Below are positions 16,567 to 25,287 of a stretch of 47,739 nucleotides of DNA, piece by piece. The position numbers and the translations under genes are program-made. The DNA is taken from NCBI GenBank assembly GCA_049276695.1, contig JBASWX010000398.1:1-47739 (forward strand), given 5' to 3'. Every line of letters begins with the position of its first letter. Position 1 is the first letter of the stretch. This DNA comes from Planctomycetota bacterium. Lineage in GTDB: Bacteria; Planctomycetota; UBA1135; UBA2386. The notes under the pieces are model-generated. The model saw nothing but the letters and a program-made list of their open reading frames with translations. It did not search any database and was not told the DNA's origin.

Positions 16567-19500
16567 ATGATCGACCGCCAGGCCCTGCTCACCGACCTGC
16601 AGCCGCTCGTCGTCGAACTCGTCGAGGATCTGCGGACCCGACTCGCGGAACACCCGGCATCGAAGGCGCTCGTCGACGGCGACTACGACGCGGCGCGGAG
16701 GGCCGGGCGCACGGCACAGACGCTCGCGGCGTTCGCCGAGGATCACCTGACGCAGGTCGCGGTGGCGTGGGTGCTGGCGACGGTGTTCGTGCGGTTCGTC
16801 GAGGACAACCAGCTCTGCGACGAGCCATGGTTCTCCGGACCGGGCAAGCGGCTCGCTCAGGCCCGCGACCGCTACACCACCTGGCTGCGGAACAACAGCA
16901 AGCTCAGCGACCGCGAGTACCTGCTGCACGCGTTCGGGGCGCTGGGCAAGCTGCCGGGGCTCGCCCCTCTGCTCGGGCCGCAGAACACGCTGCTGCACCG
17001 GATCGGGCCGTCCGCCGACGGTGCGCGCACGCTGCGCGAGTTCTGGCAGCAAATCGAAGGGCAGGGCGACGCCTCGAACCTGACGCACGACTTCACCGAC
17101 CCCGCGGCGGACACGCGCTTCCTCGGCGACCTGTACCAGGACCTGTCGGAGTCGGCCAAGGACAAGTTCGCCCTGCTGCAGACGCCGATCTTCGTCGAGG
17201 AGTTCATCCTCGACCGCACGCTCGAACCGGCCCTCGCCGAGTTCGGGCTCGCGGAGGTGCGGCTGATCGATCCGGCCTGCGGGTCGGGGCACTTCCTGCT
17301 CGGGGCGTTCGCGCGGTTGTTTCAGCGTTGGTCGGATCGGGAGCCGGGAACGCCGGTGCAGGAACGCTGCAAGCGTGCGCTCGACGCGGTGGCTGGAGTG
17401 GACCTGAACCCGTTCGCTGTCGCGATCGCGCGCTTCCGGTTGTTGGTCGCGGCGCTGAAGGCGTGCGATGTGCGTCGGCTAGCCGAGGCGTACGACTTCC
17501 GACCGAAGGTCGCAAATGGCGACTCGCTGTTGCACGGCCAGCAGGGACTGCGGCAGCGGTCGTTCAGTGCCGAGGAGGAGGCGGAGTTCGACCACTTCTA
17601 CGGCAGCGAGGACAAGGCGCTGCTGAAGTCAATCTCCGCACGCAGCTACCACGCGGTAGTCGGGAACCCACCGTACATCGTGGCGCGCGACAAGGCGCTC
17701 AACGCCCTCTACCGGAAGCGTTTCCCCGAGGTATGCCATCGGCAGTACTCGCTTGCAGTGCCGTTCACGCAGGTGTTCTTCGAGCTCGCGCGACCGTCGC
17801 TCGACGAGAAGCGTGGGGCGGGTTTCGTCGGGGTGATCACGGCGAACTCGTTCATGAAGCGCGAGTTCGGCAGCAAACTGATCGAGGATTACCTCAACAG
17901 GCGCGTCGAGGTGTCACACGTAATCGACTTGTCTGACGCGAGCATTCCGGACCACAACACTCCGACCGCGGTCCTCCTGGGCAGAGCTCGGCCGCCCACC
18001 AGTCAGTCGATTCGAGCTGTGCGGGGCATCAAGGGAGAGCAGGGAATCCCAGACGACCCGACAAGGGGCTTGGTCTGGTTGTCAGTTCTTGACCAGGTGG
18101 ACAAGCCGGGCACGCAAAACGAGTACACAAGCTGCAGTGATGTGCCCCGAGAGCAGTTCGCACGCCATCCATGGAGCATCGGGGGCGGCGGCGCAACGGA
18201 GTTGAAGGCGCAGATCGAGGAGGTGTGCGAGAAGACGCTCACATCCCTCTCGGAGGCGCCAATCGGCCGTGCCGTCCGCATCGCCGAGGAAGAAGTGTTC
18301 ATGTTCCCCGGCAACCGTCGCCGTTACTCGAAGGCACCTGAACGCGAATTCCGAGGCTTCCTTGTCGGCGAGTCTCTTCGCGACTGGGGCAGCTCGATCG
18401 ACACCTGGGTCTGGTACCCGTACGAGGAGGGCGCTGACGCTTCTCCGATGCTGCGCGAGCTTTGGCCGTGGCGAACCAGCCTTGCGAACCGGTCTACGTT
18501 CCAAGGAAAGATGGCTGACGCGGGGCTCAGGTGGTTCGACTACATGCAGCACACGGCGTCTGCCTACTGCACCCCTCTGTCCATCGCCTTCGCCGAAGTC
18601 GCCACCCACAACCACTTTGTCCTCGACCGCGGCGGCAAGGTGTTCAAGCAAACGGCACCGGTCATCAAGCTGCCTGCTGGCGCCACCGAGGATGAGCACA
18701 TCGGCCTCCTCGGCCTGCTGAACAGTTCGGTCGCCTGCTTCTGGCTGAGGCAGGTTTGCCACAACAAAGGGCTCAGGGGTCAGAGCGGTGGGATTACCTC
18801 GGAGAAGTGGGAGCAGTTCTTTCAGTTCTCGGCAACGGCACTTGGCGAGTTTCCGGTGGCAGAGTTGAGGCCCGCCATTCGGGCGCGGCCGCTTGACGCG
18901 CTCGGATCTCAACTCGCTAGCGAGGTCACGACAACATCTGGCGCCGAGCACAGCAAGACGCTCGCGCACCTGATCGCTCTTCAAGAGGAGATCGACTGGG
19001 AGTGCTATCGGCACTACGGCATCCTGAAGGACGACTTGACGTTCCCAACAGCCGACGTCCCCCCCCTCCAACTCGGCCAGCGCGCGTTCGAAGTCGTCCT
19101 CGCACGCCAGCTCGCCGCCGGCAAGACCACGACGACGTGGTTCGAACGCCATGGCTCGACACCGATCACCGAGGTCCCCGCGCAGTGGCCCAAACCCTAC
19201 CGCGACCTCGTACAGCGCCGCATCGACTGCATCGAGAAGAACGCCGACATCCGCCTGATCGAGCAGCCCGAGTACAAGCGCCGTTGGAACGTCGAGCCGT
19301 TTGCCGAGCAGCTGCACCGCGCCCAGCGTTCCTGGCTGCTCGACCGCATGGAGGATCCCAGGTTCTGGCCCGAGCCGCGGCTCGTCAGCACCGCGCGCTT
19401 CGCCGAACAGCTTCGCCGCGACGCCGATTTCAAGCGGGTCGCCGACCTCTACCGCGGTCGCGACGACTACGACTTCGACGACCTCGTGCGCGAGCTCGTC

Positions 19501-20106
19501 GAGTCCGAGGCGGTGCCGTTCCTGCCCGTGCTGCGCTACAAGCTGTCCGGCCTGCGCAAGCTCGCCGACTGGGAAGCGACGTGGGCGCTGCAGCGCCGCG
19601 AGGATGCTGGCGAGAAGCTGAAGGACCCGATTCCCGTTCCACCGAAGTACACGAGTGCCGACTTCCTGAAGAGCACCTGGTGGTCGCTGCGCGGCAAGCT
19701 CGACGTCCCGAAGGAACGCTTCCTCCTCTACCCCTTCGCCGAACGCGGTGACGACCCGACCCCCGTGTTCACCTGGGCAGGCTTCGACCAGCAGCAGCAG
19801 GCCCACGCCCTTACCGCGCGCTACCAGGACCGGAAGCACCAGGATGCCGCCACGCCAGACCAGCTCTTCCCCCTGCTCACCGGCCTCCGCGAACTGCTGC
19901 CCTGGCTCCTCCAGTGGCACAACATCCCGACGACCGAAGCGCCGTCCGGCCTCGGCACCGAGTACCAGCGATTCCTCGCCAGCGAACTGCTCGCCCTCGA
20001 CAAGACCGAGAAGGACCTGACCGACTGGACGCCACCGGCGCGACCGCGCGGCCGCCGCGCTGCAAGGCGCGGCAACCGCCCGGATGCCAACGAGGTGGCT
20101 GACTGA
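16567..20106 (+). CDS. pglX: BREX adenine-specific DNA methyltransferase PglX
   Basis: The SAM-binding motif I is LIDPACGSGHFLLGAF and catalytic motif IV is VVGNPPYIV. The size is 1179 aa and the gene sits in BREX context. Confidence 0.9.
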   Translation: MIDRQALLTDLQPLVVELVEDLRTRLAEHPASKALVDGDYDAARRAGRTAQTLAAFAEDHLTQVAVAWVLATVFVRFVEDNQLCDEPWFSGPGKRLAQARDRYTTWLRNNSKLSDREYLLHAFGALGKLPGLAPLLGPQNTLLHRIGPSADGARTLREFWQQIEGQGDASNLTHDFTDPAADTRFLGDLYQDLSESAKDKFALLQTPIFVEEFILDRTLEPALAEFGLAEVRLIDPACGSGHFLLGAFARLFQRWSDREPGTPVQERCKRALDAVAGVDLNPFAVAIARFRLLVAALKACDVRRLAEAYDFRPKVANGDSLLHGQQGLRQRSFSAEEEAEFDHFYGSEDKALLKSISARSYHAVVGNPPYIVARDKALNALYRKRFPEVCHRQYSLAVPFTQVFFELARPSLDEKRGAGFVGVITANSFMKREFGSKLIEDYLNRRVEVSHVIDLSDASIPDHNTPTAVLLGRARPPTSQSIRAVRGIKGEQGIPDDPTRGLVWLSVLDQVDKPGTQNEYTSCSDVPREQFARHPWSIGGGGATELKAQIEEVCEKTLTSLSEAPIGRAVRIAEEEVFMFPGNRRRYSKAPEREFRGFLVGESLRDWGSSIDTWVWYPYEEGADASPMLRELWPWRTSLANRSTFQGKMADAGLRWFDYMQHTASAYCTPLSIAFAEVATHNHFVLDRGGKVFKQTAPVIKLPAGATEDEHIGLLGLLNSSVACFWLRQVCHNKGLRGQSGGITSEKWEQFFQFSATALGEFPVAELRPAIRARPLDALGSQLASEVTTTSGAEHSKTLAHLIALQEEIDWECYRHYGILKDDLTFPTADVPPLQLGQRAFEVVLARQLAAGKTTTTWFERHGSTPITEVPAQWPKPYRDLVQRRIDCIEKNADIRLIEQPEYKRRWNVEPFAEQLHRAQRSWLLDRMEDPRFWPEPRLVSTARFAEQLRRDADFKRVADLYRGRDDYDFDDLVRELVESEAVPFLPVLRYKLSGLRKLADWEATWALQRREDAGEKLKDPIPVPPKYTSADFLKSTWWSLRGKLDVPKERFLLYPFAERGDDPTPVFTWAGFDQQQQAHALTARYQDRKHQDAATPDQLFPLLTGLRELLPWLLQWHNIPTTEAPSGLGTEYQRFLASELLALDKTEKDLTDWTPPARPRGRRAARRGNRPDANEVAD

Positions 20107-21182
20107 TGTTCACGCTCCGGCTCCCAACTCCCAGCGGAGCCCCAGAGGTGTTCGATGTTCATCGGGTCCAGCCGATCGAGCTGACCGCCTTTTCCCGTTT
20201 CGTTTCCGGCAGGACTACCTCCTTCCGCGTGCGGATCCGCGGGCGTGCGCACACCGCGGCGGCCGCCCATGCTGACGTGCGCTGGTTCGATCTGAGCGTT
20301 CGTTACGATCAAGGTCTCAGACACTTCGCCCTCGTGCCCGGAGGTGTGCTGCCGCCGGACTTCGTGCTGCGCGGCGGCACTCGAGTGCTCATGGACCGGA
20401 ACGTGGTCTCGGACCTGCGGCAGATGCCCGCGGTCGACGTCGGCGCTCCGCACCAGCTGCGATGGCTCGATGTCGACGGCTTCCATGTGAATCCCATCCT
20501 CGGCGTCGTCGAGGGGTCCAAAAGACGTCCGCAGACGTTCGGCGAGTTCGAACGCGAGTACACCCGAGCCGAGAGGTTGGTCGCCCGGCGTCTGCCGCGG
20601 GCGAAGGTCGTGCAGTTCTCCGGCAGCAAGCGGAGGATGATGTTCGACATGCATCTGGAGTTCGCGCCTCGCGCGGCACGGGAGGGGCAGTTCCTTCGAG
20701 GGATCGCGGGCCGCCTCGCCGAACAGGTGCCTGATCGGGACCTCCGCACGACCGAGCAGTTCGTCTTGCAGGCTGCAGCGCAGGCCGGCCTTCAGCCAAT
20801 GACCGCGGTCGTGTTGACCGCCCTTGCGAAGCTCCACGAGGGCAGGCACGGCTCACCGGCCGCCAAGCTGCTGAAGCTGAGGGAACTCCGTGACGCTGGA
20901 GGCGACTGGCAGGGCTGCGCCTACAACGCCGTTGCCGACGTTCGGCAGATGGAGTTGCTTTCGAACGGGATCGCGATGCCCGACTTCGTCGCGGGGTTGA
21001 CCGGTGACCTGGGGCTCGCGCAGGTGTGGTGTGGTCTACGCCCCACGGGAGTGAAACTCTGCGACGGCAGGGTTGGGTTCTACTTCCGCCTCGATCCCGC
21101 ACTGTTCCCTCGTCTCGACGGGACGACCGAGGACCTCATCGAGCGCATCAACGCCGGCGGCACCGCCGCCGCCGGAGGCTGA
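20106..21182 (+). CDS. Hypothetical protein, first gene of the cassette coupled to pglX (weak PIN-like pattern)
   Basis: The ATG shares one base with the pglX stop (TGATG). The acidic-residue pattern VLMDRNVVSDL ... NPILGVVEG ... YNAVADVRQMELL loosely recalls PIN-like nucleases. No secure family assignment. Confidence 0.7.
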   Translation: MFTLRLPTPSGAPEVFDVHRVQPIELTAFSRFVSGRTTSFRVRIRGRAHTAAAAHADVRWFDLSVRYDQGLRHFALVPGGVLPPDFVLRGGTRVLMDRNVVSDLRQMPAVDVGAPHQLRWLDVDGFHVNPILGVVEGSKRRPQTFGEFEREYTRAERLVARRLPRAKVVQFSGSKRRMMFDMHLEFAPRAAREGQFLRGIAGRLAEQVPDRDLRTTEQFVLQAAAQAGLQPMTAVVLTALAKLHEGRHGSPAAKLLKLRELRDAGGDWQGCAYNAVADVRQMELLSNGIAMPDFVAGLTGDLGLAQVWCGLRPTGVKLCDGRVGFYFRLDPALFPRLDGTTEDLIERINAGGTAAAGG

Positions 21183-21443
21183 GGCTGGGATGCCCAGGGG
21201 AAAGATGGAACCCGACCACGGTCAAGAGCGCGCCGTGGTCGTCGATCGAGAACAGCACTCGCGTCGTCGTCGTGCCCTCGGCAAGGCCCGAGAAGGACCT
21301 TGACCGACTGGGGGCCCCCGGCGCGAACGCGCCGCCGCCGCCGCGCCCGGCACCAACCGACGACGGTTCACCGTCCCGCGCCCGGGGGATGACCGCCCGC
21401 GGATTGGGTGCGGATGCGCACCGGATCGATCGGATCGTCGGCC

Positions 21444-21471
21444 TTGACAAAGGGGACGCCCGACGTAGCTT
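21444..21471 (+). promoter_or_regulatory. Candidate sigma70-like promoter in the 340-bp gap before the ORF at 21523
   Basis: TTGACA (21444-21449), then 16 nt, then TAGCTT (21466-21471). The -10 match is weak and promoter rules for this lineage are uncertain. Confidence 0.2.
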
Positions 21472-21522
21472 CCCCGCCTGAGCCGATGTGGCTCGCCCGC
21501 GCAGCCGGGATCCGCTGCAGCC

Positions 21523-22170
21523 TTGCGACCCATCGATGTCATGAAGACCAGACTGATCATCCTCGCGGACGGTGCCCTGCTGCACGTTCGCAACGCGAAG
21601 GCCAAGGAGAGAACCCCCGAGACAAGGGACCGCACCGCCGAAGTGCCGCCACCCGTCCTGGACTTCCTCAAGCTGCCGGCCGCGATCGCGAAGCAGCTCG
21701 ATGTTCAGACGCCGCCGATCGCCGACTGCCACTGGTTCATGGTCGGCGCGGCGAACGCTGCCAAGTTCATCGAGACGATCAGCCAGGCATGGTCGGTCCA
21801 CGAGTTCCCGTTGCGGGCATTCACGATCGGACCAGTGACTGGCGATGCGCAGGCCAGGTTCACGCCCGCGATCTCGTGGGCGCTCGGCAACATCGCCAGC
21901 AGCAACCTGAAACCGACGGTGGTCGTGCTCAGCAACGACGCCGGCGTCATCTTCCCCGCCAAGTTCACGATCGATCGCGGCGCAGCCGACGTCATGCTCG
22001 CCTGGCCCGATCCGCTCAGTGAAGAATCCCGCTATTTCGCGGATTGGAACGAGGTGCGCGTGCTGCCTCTCGAGCCGAACGACGTGCGTGCCCCTGGGCA
22101 CCGCCCATCGTTCGGTCGCACGTTCCTTGTGCAGAGCGATCCAGATGGGTCGCCGAAGCGCAAGGCCTGA
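21523..22170 (+). CDS. Hypothetical protein (weak NYN/LabA-like pattern)
   Basis: RLIILADGALL near the N-terminus and VVVLSNDAGVIFPAKFTIDRGAADVMLAW loosely recall the DG.N and SGDSD segments of NYN/LabA RNase-fold proteins, in degenerate form. An alternative ATG start is at 21541. Confidence 0.6.
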   Translation: MRPIDVMKTRLIILADGALLHVRNAKAKERTPETRDRTAEVPPPVLDFLKLPAAIAKQLDVQTPPIADCHWFMVGAANAAKFIETISQAWSVHEFPLRAFTIGPVTGDAQARFTPAISWALGNIASSNLKPTVVVLSNDAGVIFPAKFTIDRGAADVMLAWPDPLSEESRYFADWNEVRVLPLEPNDVRAPGHRPSFGRTFLVQSDPDGSPKRKA

Positions 22171-22265
22171 TCGACTCCGCCCTCTTCGTTCGGACCGGAG
22201 GGCAAGCTGCGAAGGGACGATCCCTTCGCGGTGAATCGTGGTCCGTCGATTCTCAAGGATTGGTC

Positions 22266-22499
22266 ATGCATGCAGTCACCGTCACCGGTGTCCCGAACCT
22301 GAGGGATGCGCACCGGATGTGGTTGAACCTCGGCGGCGAGGTCACGTTTCCCGCGGGTACGGGCGAGATCCTGTTCTCGCACCCTGACGTCGGAAAGATC
22401 CGCGTCAACTACCGGCGCAAGGACAGCTCTCGCAAACTCGTTTCAAAGCTGCGCCGCCTCATCTCGCTGTGCGCCGACGGCGTGAAGGGGGCCCGGTGA
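22266..22499 (+). CDS. Small hypothetical protein (77 aa; HicA-like pattern without the catalytic His)
   Basis: TGEILFSHPDVGKIRVNYRRKDSSRKLVSKLRRL parallels the HicA segment GSHHIFKHPD..G.VTVPHPKKDL.....SILKQ. Its stop overlaps the next start (GTGA). Confidence 0.5.
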   Translation: MHAVTVTGVPNLRDAHRMWLNLGGEVTFPAGTGEILFSHPDVGKIRVNYRRKDSSRKLVSKLRRLISLCADGVKGAR

Positions 22500-23074
22500 A
22501 GAGCTTCCCTCCGATCCGGTTGGACTTGGCGGACGGTCGCGCTCGCCGCATCGACGCTTCCGGGGTCGCGATGTTCGTTCACGAGGTCCTTCTCCACCCA
22601 GCGCGCAACCTCCCCGTCGTCGGCGTGACCACGAGCCCGGACTACGATGGATGCTTGGTCGACGAGCAGCTTCTCGCCGCCAAGCTTCGCGACGTCGCGC
22701 CGGTCGTGGTGATCGCGACGGGGCGGGCGACTTGGTTGCTGACCGAGGCGCTGTCGCGCAACCTGAGTGTCCACCACGGCTACGTCCGCGTCTGGATGCC
22801 GCGCCTGCGGTGTAGTTCGCCCGAGTCCGCCAACCCGCGCATCCAGATCGACTGTGATCGCGAGGCCGATGCCGTGGCCTCGCGGGTCTTGCTGGCCGCC
22901 CGCTTTGGACTGCGGTTGGGCAACGACAAGTGTTCGCCCCGCGCGCCTGCCGGAGTCTCCGGTCCAGCCCGGTCGCTCGTGAAGACCGGAGGCTCGGGCG
23001 TACCCTTCGACCCACAGGGCCCCCTTGCGGACGTACTGGGCTGGCAGCACGGCGACAGCTGGTCACCGCTGTAG
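22496..23074 (+). CDS. Hypothetical protein
   Basis: The GTG at 22496 overlaps the upstream stop. The ~190-aa product has protein-like composition and no recognisable motif. Its 3' end overlaps the convergent HNH-like gene by 12 nt. Confidence 0.55.
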   Translation: MKSFPPIRLDLADGRARRIDASGVAMFVHEVLLHPARNLPVVGVTTSPDYDGCLVDEQLLAAKLRDVAPVVVIATGRATWLLTEALSRNLSVHHGYVRVWMPRLRCSSPESANPRIQIDCDREADAVASRVLLAARFGLRLGNDKCSPRAPAGVSGPARSLVKTGGSGVPFDPQGPLADVLGWQHGDSWSPL

Positions 23075-23782
23075 CCAACTTCGAGGGCGTCGGTGCGAAG
23101 GTGCGCCGACGCCCTCGGCGACTGCTTGCTGGACGTACGCCAGGAACCAGACGCGACGATAGAACGTGCCCACCCAGAGGCTGGTCGGCTCGTTCGGCTG
23201 TGGAAACACCGCGTACTCGAACACGTCCCCAATCTGATGGATGTGGTCTTGGGGCCGTTCGCCGAAGAGTTGTCTCGTGGCAGCGGGAATCCGGTGCCCG
23301 AACTGTTCGAGGTGCACTCGCACCACGCAGTCCCGTGGCAGTGGCATGCCAGCCTCGATGAAGAACAACCCGCGAATCGTCTGGCGGACCACCGCCTGTA
23401 GCCGAGGGATGTTCACACGCAGGCCCACACCGCGGCCGACGTAGACGCCGCCGGGCGACTTGATGGCGACGTTGACGAACGCGTTGCGGACCTCGTCGGC
23501 GAGCCACTGCGTCCCTGGTCGCCAGAACGAGCGCGCGACCACAGCGCGAACCTTGCTTGCCGTCGGGCAGTCGGCCACGTTGGCCGAGGCAGCGATCACC
23601 GCCCGGAAGTACTCGCCGTCCTTCGCCCAGGACCGGTTGCACTCCGCGCAGGCCGGCACGGTGATCAGGTTCCCAGGCCGCGGCGGCGGGAAGAGACACC
23701 CCGGCGGAACGTGATCCCGGGTCGTCGCCTGTCGGCGCTGGCAGAACACGCAGACTTGTTGTTGGGCCACCACTTGTGTCAA
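23063..23782 (-). CDS. HNH-like (Cys-rich) endonuclease domain protein
   Basis: The N-terminus CVFCQRRQATTRDHVPPGCLF...NLITVPACAECN is a CxxC ... DH ... CxxCN arrangement typical of HNH/His-Me finger nucleases. The remaining ~180 aa are uncharacterised. Confidence 0.7.
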   Translation of the reverse strand: MTQVVAQQQVCVFCQRRQATTRDHVPPGCLFPPPRPGNLITVPACAECNRSWAKDGEYFRAVIAASANVADCPTASKVRAVVARSFWRPGTQWLADEVRNAFVNVAIKSPGGVYVGRGVGLRVNIPRLQAVVRQTIRGLFFIEAGMPLPRDCVVRVHLEQFGHRIPAATRQLFGERPQDHIHQIGDVFEYAVFPQPNEPTSLWVGTFYRRVWFLAYVQQAVAEGVGAPSHRRPRSWLQR

Positions 23783-23858
23783 TCCGAACTAGCCGACCGC
23801 CCGCCGCGTTTCACGTTCAGTACGGGAAAGCCGCGCTGGTTCGCGGCCGTCTCCGCCG

Positions 23859-24771
23859 TCACCCTGCTGGCCAAGTAACTGCGATCGGACTCCTCTCGAT
23901 CAGGCGGAAGCTGACGTTGCGAATGTTGCGCCCATCGAGGCCAAGCGCCTCGGAGTTGTCGAGCGGCTTCCAGCGCCCGACGGTCTTGGCGGGGGCGTTC
24001 GCCGACACGCCGATCATGTTGGCCGGGCTCTTCGACCAGCGCTTGGCTTCGGTCAGCAACAGGAACACCACGTTCCCGTCGGTCTCGCACACGAGTTGCT
24101 TCACCGTTCCGGTGTACAGGACGCCGACCTTGCCGTCGGGGCCAAGTTCATCGCCCTGGATCACATCGACGTAGACGCGAGCCACCCTACCAACGCCGCC
24201 TTGGACCTCCGACGACCGCTGCAGCAGTACCGCCGCCTTCTGCAGCACGAGCCAGTGGCTGGCGCCGAGCGGCTGGAAGAGATCGGAAACCCGCAGGACT
24301 CGCAGCACACGCTCGACGCGCGACGAGATGCGAAACCAGATCCGGTCCCACCATCCAAGGTCGGTACTCTCTAGACCGAAGTTGCGGATCGCGAATCCGG
24401 TCAACGCCGCATGGTGAAGCGTCGCGCACGCTGCGCCGGTTGCGACGGTGAAGAACCCGAGCACTGCCGCTCCCGCCAGCAGGGGCAGCGGAAGCCCCAG
24501 CATCGTGGTGAGGATTCGGGCCCGTTCGTCGCTATTCGTGCCCACCAGCAGAGTGGCGAGACCTCGGCAGTGCTCCCCTTCGAACGGCAGCTTGGCGTAC
24601 ACCAAGAGGGAGGAACCAATCAGCGCCGGCGAAGAAGAGGAGCCCGAAGATCCGCGTTCCGAGACTCGACTGCCGAATGGCGCGGCTGCGCGGGCTGAGC
24701 GCCAGGGCGAGGCTGACGAACCCGGGGATGAGGAACAGCGCGGCGAGGAGCGTGCTCTCGAGTAGCGGCAT
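23859..24771 (-). pseudogene. Multi-TM membrane protein interrupted by an apparent frameshift
   Basis: The ORF starting at 24771 (MPLLESTLLAALFLIPGFVSLALAL...IFGLLFFAGADWF) has high GC3 until about 24615. High GC3 then continues in the 23859-24827 frame from about 24605 (LVYAKLPFEGEH...MLGLPLPLLAGAAVLGFFTV...). If the genes are separate, the second could start at GTG 24602 or ATG 24503. Confidence 0.5.
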
Positions 24772-24783
24772 GCGAGGTGGCCG

Positions 24784-25068
24784 CTACGGCTTGATCCCCT
24801 TGATGAACTCGTCGCGATCAGCCTCACTGACTTCCCTGCAGATCCAGCCGGGTCCAGAAGGCTCGGCCTTGATCCACTTCAGCCGCCGCAGCGAATCGGG
24901 GTTGCCGAGGTCGAGACCGGACCCGACGGTCGTGTACGCCTCGAGCTTCCTGATGTGCGGCAACACGACGATGATGCCTTGCTCCGGGCCGGTCAGCGCG
25001 GCCAACTGGCTCTGGATCAGCACCTCGAGGGTGCGGAAATGGCCGAGCGTGTCGTTGGTCGTCGTCAT
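24784..25068 (-). CDS. Small hypothetical protein (94 aa), first gene of the minus-strand trio
   Basis: ATG-initiated ORF divergent from pglY, with protein-like composition. The next minus-strand ORF starts 12 nt downstream. Confidence 0.5.
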   Translation of the reverse strand: MTTTNDTLGHFRTLEVLIQSQLAALTGPEQGIIVVLPHIRKLEAYTTVGSGLDLGNPDSLRRLKWIKAEPSGPGWICREVSEADRDEFIKGIKP

Positions 25069-25287
25069 CGTGGTCTCACGCTTCTAGATCGAACGGACCG
25101 CGGAGCAACCGAGAGGAGCTTCGACCGCGGGATCCTATCGCCGCCTCGGAAGACTGGATGCCGGACCTTGCTCTTGCCCAACGACCGAACGGCTCGGTCG
25201 GGCGCCGCGAACTCCCCTGACCTGTGGAAAGTCACTACCGCAGGCTCCGGCGGTTCGCCATCATCCGTCCTCCGAGGAAGCGGCACG

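Noticed and set aside
15360-17936. 858-aa plus-strand ORF spanning the nuclease-like gene and the start of pglX
   Set aside because: It is out of frame with two well-supported genes. Its translation is extremely Arg/Pro/Gly-rich with no motifs.
18082-19920. 612-aa minus-strand ORF, and similar long antisense ORFs at 8332-9429, 25882-28329, 32790-34358, 30180-31436 and 31433-32770
   Set aside because: They lie antisense to BREX genes with clear catalytic motifs and have Arg/Ala/Gly-rich, motif-free translations. This is typical shadow-ORF behaviour in ~70% GC DNA.
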